Shown: positions 7,921-15,628, numbered from the stretch's first letter. The stretch: DNA of 17,429 nucleotides from Thermoproteota archaeon (GCA_046729835.1 JBKPHJ010000160.1:1-17429); one strand, 5' to 3'. Program-made: numbers and translations. Notes: generated by a model not told the origin, from the sequence alone.

Positions 7921-8619
7921 TCAAGATGATGATTCGACGGCTGCTTGGGATGACGAATCGACGGTTGATTCTACGGTTGATTCTACGGTTGATTCTACGG
8001 CTGCTTGGGATGACGAATTGACGACAGCTGGAGACGATATAAGTTTAGTCTTCTTTATGCCTATATGCCTAATAGGGGCTAACTTCTTTGTGGTTTCCAA
8101 TAGCTCTGTACTGAAATTACCCAAAGCGGCTTCCTTTATGAATTGGTCAGCTGTGAGCTTTGGTATGCGTTCATGCAAGTATTGACGACAGAGTACCCTG
8201 ATATGGTGTTGCTTTTGCGTGTTGATGCGTCTATGACTAAACGCAACCAAAGCCACCCTATAGACGTACCCATCGACAGTCTTATAATCATCCACGTAAC
8301 TTATCATAGAACTTCCTCTCCTCACTAAACTTCTGAGAAATTCTTTAGCATACTCATGTCCCTTGAAGATTGTCGATGCAGTTCCGTTGACGACGTCGAC
8401 GATTTGAACGAAGACCTTCGTCTGATGCTGTGTCGGGTCTTGCTTCAAGATATCGTACATAGTATTTTCGATTACACGTCCGCGAGCAGTATTTGTATCA
8501 GTTACAGGAACGTAGTTGATAGTGCCCCCTCCTAGAGCGGTAGGTGCATTAACCATAATCCACTGTTTATCTTTCCATTTATCACGAACTCTCCCCCCTC
8601 TTTTTGAACCCTTGGCCAT
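7921..8619 (-). CDS. rps3ae: 30S ribosomal protein S3Ae (eS1) with a repeat-encoded Ser/Thr-rich C-terminal extension.
   Basis: N-terminus MAKGSKRGGRVRDKWKDKQWIMVNAP is the S3Ae signature (KGG..DKW..K.W..V.AP). The 232-aa length is longer than usual because of the tail ...SSSQAAVESTVESTVESTVDSSSQAAVESSS. Confidence 0.85.
   Translation of the reverse strand: MAKGSKRGGRVRDKWKDKQWIMVNAPTALGGGTINYVPVTDTNTARGRVIENTMYDILKQDPTQHQTKVFVQIVDVVNGTASTIFKGHEYAKEFLRSLVRRGSSMISYVDDYKTVDGYVYRVALVAFSHRRINTQKQHHIRVLCRQYLHERIPKLTADQFIKEAALGNFSTELLETTKKLAPIRHIGIKKTKLISSPAVVNSSSQAAVESTVESTVESTVDSSSQAAVESSS
7931..8018. repeat. Nested in-frame tandem repeat inside the rps3ae 3' end: a 12-nt unit ACGGTTGATTCT x3 (7961-7996) flanked by two copies of a 28-nt direct repeat (7931-7958 and 7991-8018, 1 mismatch).
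   Basis: Direct reading of the sequence. Encodes (ESTV)x3 between two SSSQAAVES blocks. Confidence 0.85.
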
Positions 8620-9424
8620 CTGAAAATATTCTTTTCCATGCCCAGAATATAAGTTGTAGGAAAGCCATAATTAATAAATCGTGGCAGGTGGCAAAACTCG
8701 AATATCTTTCAAGTTCATCAGGATACTATTGGTTTCTTTAACCTGTAGAAAAACACACTAGGAAGCTCGATTCTTTGCATTTTTGTAACGTTACAACGAC
8801 TTCAAGATGAAAAAATAGTTATGGGGATGAAATTAACAGCCATTGGTATGGGACATGGTTATTGTACTTTTAGGCGATAATCTTATTGTGTGTTCTCACT
8901 AGTTGTTAGTTGACATCGGAAACGGTTCACCGTTCTCCAGCTTTACGCTGAAGATACAGGGAGACCCCCTATTGCATCTATTTTCATCTATTACAACTGA
9001 AATACTGAAAATGTGATGTGACATGAACTAGATAGTATTCATCTCGTTGTTTGGCATCCAAATGATTTTGACTGTCATCATCAAGTTTCCGCTAATATTA
9101 AGGGCGCACCCAGATACGAAAACTGCAAGGAACGAGTTACATGTTCGGATATGTATAGTTACTGCAAATTGGTTATGTGGGTCAATGGAGATTAGGCTTT
9201 GATTTTGAGCTCATTAAGTCTCACGATTTATACCGACCTGTGGAATACTCTTGATCTCGGTGGATATCCTTGATGGACCATGAAGGATCCCTGTAGATAG
9301 GTATGAGGGGCTTATGGTTAATAAAAGTAATCCGTGTCCATTTGAGATTATAAGTAATGGCGATTTGAGGTAATGTAACTTCCCCTCATTTCGTGATCAC
9401 ATGGTTCTAGAAATCTTCAGGATG

Positions 9425-9764
9425 TTATATGGCATTTTCGTCCGTATTGGCTGTGCTCAGATCGACTTCTTTTACGACATCAAGGACAAAAATTTTCCCT
9501 CCTATATCATCACCCAACTTGTTTCTAAAGTTAGAGATTAGTTCTTCCGCTTTTTTCGTCGCTTACGACTACCTCGACCTTAGTTCTCGGTATAAATTCT
9601 GGCTTGTATCTTTTCGTACCTCGTCCGATATAGATTGCTTCTGGCTTTACTCGCCCTCTCCCTTCAATCCTATAATGACTCATGCCCCCTACATTTGCGT
9701 CCTTTAGAATATCGCTTACTTCATCTAGCGTACGATCTGGAATAAATAATTCTAACTTTTTCAT
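9425..9764 (-). pseudogene. Second P-II family paralog, disrupted by a +1 frameshift in a 6-nt homopolymer (T6 at 9551-9556 on +, A6 on the coding strand). Either a real pseudogene or a sequencing/assembly indel.
   Basis: The track ORF 9531-9764 encodes MKKLELFIPDRTLDEVSDILKDANVGGMSHYRIEGRGRVKPEAIYIGRGTKRYKPEFIPRTKVEVVVSDEK then stops. Manual translation of the -1 frame continues AEELISNFRNKLGDDIGGKIFVLDVVKEVDLSTANTDENAI-stop (stop at 9425-9427). This is a perfect P-II C-terminal half (GGKIF B-loop, ...ENAI end), highly similar to the C-terminus of the P-II at 2330-2674. Removing one A from GACGAAAAAAGCG restores a 112-aa P-II. Confidence 0.7.
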
Positions 9765-10001
9765 AACAAGTAAGTGGCTTGACGCATATTAAAGATTGTA
9801 CGGTACCCTTAGGATGAATTTCTGTCTCAATGTGGGTTTTAATGCGTTGAGATGGCGAAAGGAGATATTTACTTGAGAAAGCAAATGTCAGGGCAATATC
9901 ACTGATCTGTTATCTCATCAAACTATTAGAAATTCTTTGCACTAATTTGACAAACCACAAACATAGTAGATAAATTATCTCAAACTCACTACTCAGGATG
10001 A

Positions 10002-10964
10002 ATGAGGGGTTTGATGGTATTTGCTTTATCGAGCACATTGATGTTCATGATAACACTGTCCCTTCTAGGATCCGGCCTAGATTTTCCCAGTTTCCTTCCC
10101 TCAGAATTTGGAAATAGCCATAAGACAGTTGGAACGGATTCGGTCAATGCGACTAACGGACACGAAGTCTCAAAAGGGCTGCCATTTCTTCCTCCCCTCC
10201 AAATCAAGGGAAACGGCCCAACGCAACAACAAAGTTCTTCTCCATTACCGTCGGAAACTCGATCCCTGACAATCGAAGTCGAAGTAGGAACATCTAACCT
10301 GCTCGGGAATGTGACTCTGATGATTACTCCGAATCCATTTACGCTAAACCATTCGTTGGTCGTGACTGATGACAAGGAAGCTGACTCAGACCCAACAAAT
10401 GGGATCATCCTTTTGAAAAATGTTAGACTCGGCTCTTACATCATAAACGAAACTAAACCCCCACCAGGATTTGGTCCAATACTATTAAAGACTAGAGTGG
10501 CTGTTCACCAAACCGATCCCAATCCTGTTGTTACCATTGAAAATAGGAACTTAGATGTTCCTTTTGAAGGGACTGCCATAGTCACTCCACCTTCTCTAAA
10601 TGATAGTTCATTTAAGACATTTGTCAGTAAGGGAGCTACAGTAGGAACAGATGTCATCAAGGAAGTAGATGCCCTTCCTCCTGCATGCAGATGTCATCAA
10701 GGAACAACAGAAACAGAATTCAAGCAAGAAACTAAGTCTCTTCAACCAGTCACATTGGAAGATCTTAGTCCCATCAATGTTTCTGCATCTGAAATATTCA
10801 GATCATTTAAAATACCAACTTATCCTGTTCCAGTCAAAACCATTTCATCAAATATTACATATTTATCGCCTATTTTCATAATCCCACAACGTGATGAGAG
10901 ATGGTACCTTTCTATTAACTCCAATTATTGCCAACGCATTTCCTGGAATGTCCCTTTTGGTTGA
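10002..10964 (+). CDS. Secreted/surface protein with an N-terminal signal/TM segment, many N-glycosylation sequons and a Cna-B/SpaA (prealbumin-like fold) type motif.
   Basis: Hydrophobic N-terminus MVFALSSTLMFMITLSLLGSG. Sequons NATN, NVTL, NHSL, NETK, NDSS, NVSA, NITY. The motif LGSYIINETKPPPGFG fits the G.Y.L.E.K.P.GY consensus of Cna-B/SpaA domains. Confidence 0.55.
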   Translation: MRGLMVFALSSTLMFMITLSLLGSGLDFPSFLPSEFGNSHKTVGTDSVNATNGHEVSKGLPFLPPLQIKGNGPTQQQSSSPLPSETRSLTIEVEVGTSNLLGNVTLMITPNPFTLNHSLVVTDDKEADSDPTNGIILLKNVRLGSYIINETKPPPGFGPILLKTRVAVHQTDPNPVVTIENRNLDVPFEGTAIVTPPSLNDSSFKTFVSKGATVGTDVIKEVDALPPACRCHQGTTETEFKQETKSLQPVTLEDLSPINVSASEIFRSFKIPTYPVPVKTISSNITYLSPIFIIPQRDERWYLSINSNYCQRISWNVPFG

Positions 10965-11337
10965 GCCCAATTCATCTATGACAAAGGACATGGTTCAGTT
11001 AGACAAGATCAAGTTGCAGTTTGCCAATGAAAGTAGTAATGTAGATTTTAGTTTCGGTATCTCCAACACAGTTCCCAGGGCTTTAAAGCTGCCTGAACCG
11101 CCTTTTGTGACCTTAAAGTTTATTGATATTGATTTTGTAGGTGCAGCTGTTGGAAGTGAATCGAGAAATTTCTCGATTGTAAAATCTTTTTTGTCTTCCC
11201 CGGAAATTATTATAGGCGTAGACAAATCTGCGAATATTTCTCGCCTAGCAGATGGCTGCCCCGATATCTCTTTGTTTACAATTAATGAATCAGACGTAAA
11301 GAAGTGGCAGAAAATAAATGACACTGAAAAAACCTAG
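10891..11337 (+). CDS. Hypothetical sequon-rich protein, 148 aa. Either a separate gene overlapping the preceding one by 74 nt in another frame, or its C-terminal continuation after a frameshift.
   Basis: Contains NSS, NES, NFS, NIS, NES, NDT sequons like the upstream gene. The same frame is closed by a stop at 10879-10881, so any fusion would need a frame change between 10882 and 10964. Confidence 0.35.
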   Translation: MMRDGTFLLTPIIANAFPGMSLLVEPNSSMTKDMVQLDKIKLQFANESSNVDFSFGISNTVPRALKLPEPPFVTLKFIDIDFVGAAVGSESRNFSIVKSFLSSPEIIIGVDKSANISRLADGCPDISLFTINESDVKKWQKINDTEKT

Positions 11338-11669
11338 GATACTTCTAGTCGGTGCGCCTATATATTGGAGATAGAGCACTTCTCAAAGTTTTCAGTAGGA
11401 GGTGTTAAACCCTCAACATCACAATCTCTACTTTAGGCGAAGCATTACAGCGAACCAATCCATAATCTTATTTATGTAAAGTGCCATGAAAAGAATTTCC
11501 CTTATTCAGGCCAACTGATATGTATCGATGGGCCTTGTTAAGGCAACACCCAAAAAGTATAAGGCATATTCTGTTTCAGCTATTCCTATTGATATTCAAC
11601 GATTCCGCTGATTAAGAATATGGTCTCTATAAAAACCGATTTCAATCTAGTTCATGCCCACTTTTTTCT

Positions 11670-12077
11670 GTGGATATTGTAGGCCTTTCAGATCGGGGTG
11701 TGTCAACAAAGGTTCAGGTAAGGAAAATCCAGACTCTTAATTCCATCGTAATGAATTCAACCACATTTAGATTTACGCCTCGAGAGACTATGCTAGTATT
11801 GCCCACAGGGGACGGTATGGCCATCGGCTTTTTGCAGGGTCCGGAATTACCCCTAAATCTTGCGATCGAGATCCACCGAATGCTCGCTAAGTACAATAAG
11901 GCCAAGATACCCGCTGAAACCATTCGAGTGAGAATAGGGATTCATAGCGGCAGCACTAAAAGCTTCAAGCGCATAGTGGCGGCGGATTCCAGCAATCCAC
12001 CTTATACATGGTCTTGTAATCCCTTATGTAAGGCCTCAATTAAGGGTCAAACCAACCTCTTTTATTTTGTGGTCTAA
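11670..12077 (+). CDS. Mini class-III nucleotidyl cyclase homology domain (CHD)-like protein, 135 aa, GTG start. Possibly degenerate.
   Basis: By-eye alignment to adenylyl/guanylyl cyclase CHDs. M-DIVGLS matches the F-DIVGFT metal Asp. LVLPTGDGMAIGF..GP matches KFVGDAIMALYGAP (second metal Asp). IRVRIGIHSGS matches RFRCGIHQG / RIGIHTGPV. YTWSCNPLCKASIKG matches F/Y..xGxxVNxAARLQ, with the transition-state Asn kept and the Arg replaced by Lys. The ORF begins exactly at the first motif, so N-terminal beta-strands are missing. Confidence 0.4.
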   Translation: MDIVGLSDRGVSTKVQVRKIQTLNSIVMNSTTFRFTPRETMLVLPTGDGMAIGFLQGPELPLNLAIEIHRMLAKYNKAKIPAETIRVRIGIHSGSTKSFKRIVAADSSNPPYTWSCNPLCKASIKGQTNLFYFVV

Positions 12078-12393
12078 TTCTTCCAGTGAGATACGTAATT
12101 TCTCTTTTCATGGAGTTTTCGACTGCATTTCTTCATCTTTTGTTGATACTCGTGACGAAGAGCGTATCTGAAAGAATGGCATACATATTGTTACTAATTG
12201 TAGTGAGCATTCAGTATTGTTGCACCTGCTGGGTCTTTTAAGAGGAGGATTTTGGTTTTCATTCAGTAGGTGATTCTGAAGACAACTTCATCTCAAATAG
12301 AAGATTGTACATATGATCCTACTGCTGCTGTTCCAGGAATAGATCGTCTTGTGTGGTCAGTGGTTGGAGGATCTAGAGGCAATGAGCACGATC

Positions 12394-12639
12394 TTAATCG
12401 TGACCCGCACGCAAATGATCTGGCGTTAATTGAGTTGTTGCTGCCTTGACTTTCAACATGCCTTTATATTTCATATTTCTTGGACTCATCCTTAACCTAT
12501 AGCCGCAGCAAGGACACAGGAGGCCTGGCCAATCCAGAAAAATCTGACAGACTTGGCATCTCCTCTGGCCAGCAGCGTAACGTCCTGACCTTGACGGCTT
12601 ATGTGCTCTGTGACGTTCACAGATGCCCTTGCAGACCAT
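12394..12639 (-). CDS. Small basic zinc-ribbon protein (81 aa) of unknown function, sitting in a locally GC-rich patch.
   Basis: CQVCQIFLDWPGLLCPCCGYR (C-x2-C-x10-C-x-CC) plus an N-terminal CKGICERH, and an Arg/Lys-rich composition. The + strand ORF 12480-12791 overlaps it; I prefer the minus ORF because of the Cys-ribbon pattern. Not recognised as any ribosomal or RNA polymerase Zn-ribbon subunit. Confidence 0.35.
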   Translation of the reverse strand: MVCKGICERHRAHKPSRSGRYAAGQRRCQVCQIFLDWPGLLCPCCGYRLRMSPRNMKYKGMLKVKAATTQLTPDHLRAGHD

Positions 12640-13506
12640 CTTTAGAATCTTGGAAAAAAGACTTCATATTTAAGATTTGTTGCGCGTATTCTGTTTCTAG
12701 TAAATTTATTGGTAACTGGCTTCCTCCAGATCCGTTATCACTTCATCTTCGAGAACTCGTAGTACCGATTGGAGGAGATGTGAGGTGTTAATGAGCCAAA
12801 TATTGAGCCTAAGAAAAAATCAAGCGTGACTTGGTCTCAAGGTTGGTTCGAACATCCCTAATTATCTGATTTATCTATTGCCTATTTCTGATCCTTAGCC
12901 TAATTGCCTAAAATTATCTCAGTCAGTAGTTGCTTATGTGTTTTTTTCAGTCTGTCATCCTATGTATGTTCCATGAGGGCAAACATATCGATTGGAAGAA
13001 AAATCATCCTGTAGTTTCTTGCATTCAACCCTTACCAAGACTATCCTCTTCATCACCTTTGTAGGTTTCCTATTTTCATATTTTCGTCCTGAGATCTTCT
13101 TAATCCCAGATCCCACTAGTCCAATTTAAGGCGCTCACGTAGTGAGTTCTATCCTTTTAGGACTCGAGTAAGGCTTGATGATTGATAATTGTTTGCTATG
13201 TTTGAATTTGTAGCCTTAAAACCATCAGATGATATCAATGATACAAACAAGATAACCAGTCCGTGTTGCGATTTCTGAAAACTTGGAGACTCACAACCGG
13301 TTTTCATTGCGGGATTGAATAGTAGGTTACTTCATCCGCTGTTTACTATAAAGAAATGTGGTCCTAAGAAGTAAACAGGGGTTTTATTAGCCTTATAAAT
13401 TACTCAGAGTCAGATCCGTCTAGAAAGTGGGATAATGAAAAGGGACGTGAATGAGAACCGGCATGACCCATATAGTAATTAGTAAGTTATCAGTATTATC
13501 AAATGT

Positions 13507-13776
13507 ATGACATGGATCAGTTCGCCTATTGTAGGTGGTCATTACTCAACATTAGAAATGGAAGAAATACTGCCTAATGACCAAACCATTGAAGCGGCTG
13601 AAATGTTAGTAAACGCAAAAATGTGCAGGTCAGATCGACGTTATCTAAAATTCTGTACTCAGTTACACTTGGTTTTAGAAGTGAGATCGAACTGTGAAAG
13701 GAACAAGAAAATAACAGAAGAATGCCTGTTGTCTGATACACATTACGGTGAGAAAGAGATCAAATATTTAGGGTAG
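13507..13776 (+). CDS. Hypothetical small protein, 89 aa. Weak call.
   Basis: ORF directly upstream (8-nt gap) of the membrane protein gene. No motif. Confidence 0.3.
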   Translation: MTWISSPIVGGHYSTLEMEEILPNDQTIEAAEMLVNAKMCRSDRRYLKFCTQLHLVLEVRSNCERNKKITEECLLSDTHYGEKEIKYLG

Positions 13777-13784
13777 GTGTATCT

Positions 13785-14111
13785 GTGTACAATATGGATT
13801 CAACAACACGCTGGATTTCAATTCTTGGCATAGCTACCTTATGCTTTGGAATCGCATTATTTGTTCTGCGAGTACCCGTACGAACAATACTTGTATTTTT
13901 TGCGATAGGGATACCTCTGATTGCACTGTGGCTTTATGCTGAAGAAAAATCAAAACAACAGAAGGAGGTAAGCACAATCACAAAACAAGTTTGCATTTGT
14001 TCGATCTGTAAACATGACCAGGCTAACATATGCCTACAGCAAAAATGTGCGTGCTGCATCACCATGAAAGGTAATGATGTCATCGGGCACTCAATTAATC
14101 CTTTGCAATAG
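13785..14111 (+). CDS. Small membrane protein with two predicted TM helices and a Cys-rich C-terminal tail (CICSIC...CLQQKCACC).
   Basis: Two hydrophobic stretches, ILGIATLCFGIALFVL and ILVFFAIGIPLIALWLY, followed by 9 Cys in 30 residues. Located immediately upstream of the SPFH gene. Confidence 0.5.
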   Translation: MYNMDSTTRWISILGIATLCFGIALFVLRVPVRTILVFFAIGIPLIALWLYAEEKSKQQKEVSTITKQVCICSICKHDQANICLQQKCACCITMKGNDVIGHSINPLQ

Positions 14112-14137
14112 AGGTGAGTAAGTGACTAAAGTATTAG

Positions 14138-15271
14138 ATGAGCTTAAATGGTCAGAAGTGGGATATAGTACGAAGCTACAGATTGGCCATTGTAGATGCT
14201 ACTACAGCAATTATGATTATAATAATTCTTCTTATCGGCGCTATTGTAACAAACCGCATTCTTCATCATCGTCGGAGACCCCAAGTGGTGACTCAAACTG
14301 CGCAAGAGACTGTTCATGATCGCCAGGTGGGCAATAACGAAAACTTGGGCGTCGATATGAGTAGATCAACTGGGGGTTCAATAATATCAGGTATTCCGAG
14401 AATACAAAACAAATTAAAGATCATAGCTGCGTTAGCGACATTCATTTTCATAATAATCATATTAGCCGAGTCTGTGGTGATAGTACAAGCTGGGCACAGG
14501 GGCGTAGTACTATACTTGGGCGCAGTGGAGGATAGGGTGCTGGGAGAGGGAATGCATTTTATAATTCCATTTGCAGAACAGGTTATTCAATTAGAGGTAC
14601 GCACTCCAAAGTTTCAAGCTGACGCTTCAGCAGCGTCCAATGACTTACAGGAAGTACAGACAGTAATCGCACTGAATTATCATATTGATCCGAATGATGC
14701 GAACGTCATCTTCCAGCAACTTGGACCAGACTATTCCGATAGAATAATTGCACCAACGATACAAGAATCTGTGAAAGCAAGTGTTGCCAAATTCAATGCT
14801 GAGGAACTTATTACTAAAAGAGAGACTGCAAAAGGAGTAATAGCTGAGGCTATACGCAATACGCTTTCACATAGAAACATTGTTGTTGAGACAGTCTTTA
14901 TAACTGATTTCAAGTTTTCACAAGCATTTGCAGATCAAATTGAATCAAAAGTGGTAGCATTTCAAAAATACCTCACAGAACAAAACAATCTGAGAGCCAT
15001 ACAGGTTATAGCGAACCAAACCGTCGTACAAGCTGAAGCACAAGCGAAGGCAAACGTTGCAAAAGCTAATGGGGAATCACAAGCTATCAAGGTCATTAAT
15101 CAGCAACTCCGTCAAAACCCCCAATATCTACAGTGGCAATCGATCAATAGGTGGAACGGACAGATGCCATATTCGCTTGGAAGCGGCGGGGGCCTTCCTT
15201 TCTTCCAGCTACCAGGGCCGGTTCAACAACAACAATCGGAGCATCAACAGCAAAATCAAACCACACCATGA
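14138..15271 (+). CDS. SPFH / Band 7 family protein of the prohibitin type, with an N-terminal membrane anchor and a Gln-rich C-terminal tail. An alternative start at the ATG 14357 would give a canonical single-TM form.
   Basis: VVIVQAGHRGVVLYLGAVEDRVLGEGMHFIIPFAEQVIQLEVRTPKFQADASAASNDLQEVQTVIALNYHIDPN ... LGPDYSDRIIAPTIQESVKASVAKFNAEELITKRE ... FITDFKFSQAFADQIESK matches the prohibitin core (RGV, EG.HF.IP, AS.DLQ.V, LG.DY.ERVLPSI, F.A.ELIT.RE, F...F..A.E.K). Ends ...PVQQQQSEHQQQNQTTP. Confidence 0.8.
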   Translation: MSLNGQKWDIVRSYRLAIVDATTAIMIIIILLIGAIVTNRILHHRRRPQVVTQTAQETVHDRQVGNNENLGVDMSRSTGGSIISGIPRIQNKLKIIAALATFIFIIIILAESVVIVQAGHRGVVLYLGAVEDRVLGEGMHFIIPFAEQVIQLEVRTPKFQADASAASNDLQEVQTVIALNYHIDPNDANVIFQQLGPDYSDRIIAPTIQESVKASVAKFNAEELITKRETAKGVIAEAIRNTLSHRNIVVETVFITDFKFSQAFADQIESKVVAFQKYLTEQNNLRAIQVIANQTVVQAEAQAKANVAKANGESQAIKVINQQLRQNPQYLQWQSINRWNGQMPYSLGSGGGLPFFQLPGPVQQQQSEHQQQNQTTP

Positions 15272-15628
15272 CTAACGATTTAGATCATTTGGCACAAATT
15301 TATTAGAATGATCACACAGGTCGGATAAAATGGTCCTCTTGGTCCAGACAGCTTTTGATAGCAACATCTATTACAGGAAGAAAGACATACGCATATGATT
15401 GCTAGGATCTTTCACGCTCCGTATGCGAGCTATTCCCTGTATGGACAAGTCCCTGTCTCCTTTACAAGGTTGGGTAAAAGAATTTGATACGATTTTTTAT
15501 TGATCTTAATCGATACCCACTAGAGTGTTGTCTATATTGTCGACTGTGGTGTTGCGTTCACGCAAAAAGACGTCAAACAGCGATGTAGACTTAAGGTATA
15601 CTTCAAAAATGAAGCTATTCCGAATCTC

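Noticed and set aside
8143-8328. Plus-strand 61-aa ORF.
   Set aside because: Antisense inside rps3ae.
9429-9707. Plus-strand 92-aa ORF (MAFSSVLAVL...).
   Set aside because: It is the antisense of the frameshifted P-II paralog, which fully accounts for this DNA on the minus strand.
9989-10408. Minus-strand 139-aa ORF.
   Set aside because: Antisense to the signal-peptide end of the secreted protein gene, with a Ser/Gly/Pro-rich low-complexity product.
10669-10881. Plus-strand 70-aa ORF in another frame inside the secreted protein gene, starting within the 17-bp duplicated segment.
   Set aside because: The frame-0 continuation is far more protein-like (sequons, no Leu/Phe/His-rich junk). I considered that the 40-bp-spaced repeat marks an insertion that shifted the frame, but deleting it would terminate the protein in this poor frame.
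10995-11324. Minus-strand 109-aa ORF antisense to the 148-aa plus ORF.
   Set aside because: No motif. I favour the plus-strand reading because it continues the sequon-rich character of the upstream gene, though neither is certain.
11714-11923. Minus-strand 69-aa ORF.
   Set aside because: Antisense inside the cyclase-homology-like ORF, which has ordered CHD motifs.
12480-12791. Plus-strand 103-aa ORF overlapping the Zn-ribbon ORF.
   Set aside because: No motif. It is kept only as an alternative reading (see finding). The minus ORF is preferred for its Cys-ribbon pattern.
12828-12862. tRNA-like GGTTGGTTCGAACATCCC (T-arm look-alike).
   Set aside because: There is no complementary T-stem (GGTTG not followed by CAACC at the right spacing), and no acceptor or anticodon arms could be built on either strand.
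14122-14319. Plus-strand 65-aa ORF overlapping the 5' end of the SPFH gene in another frame.
   Set aside because: The Tyr/Ser/Asn-rich product is implausible. The region is better explained as the SPFH N-terminal extension or its 5' leader.
14731-15275. Minus ORF 14731-14913 and plus ORF 15057-15275.
   Set aside because: Both lie inside the SPFH gene, in antisense or alternative frames.
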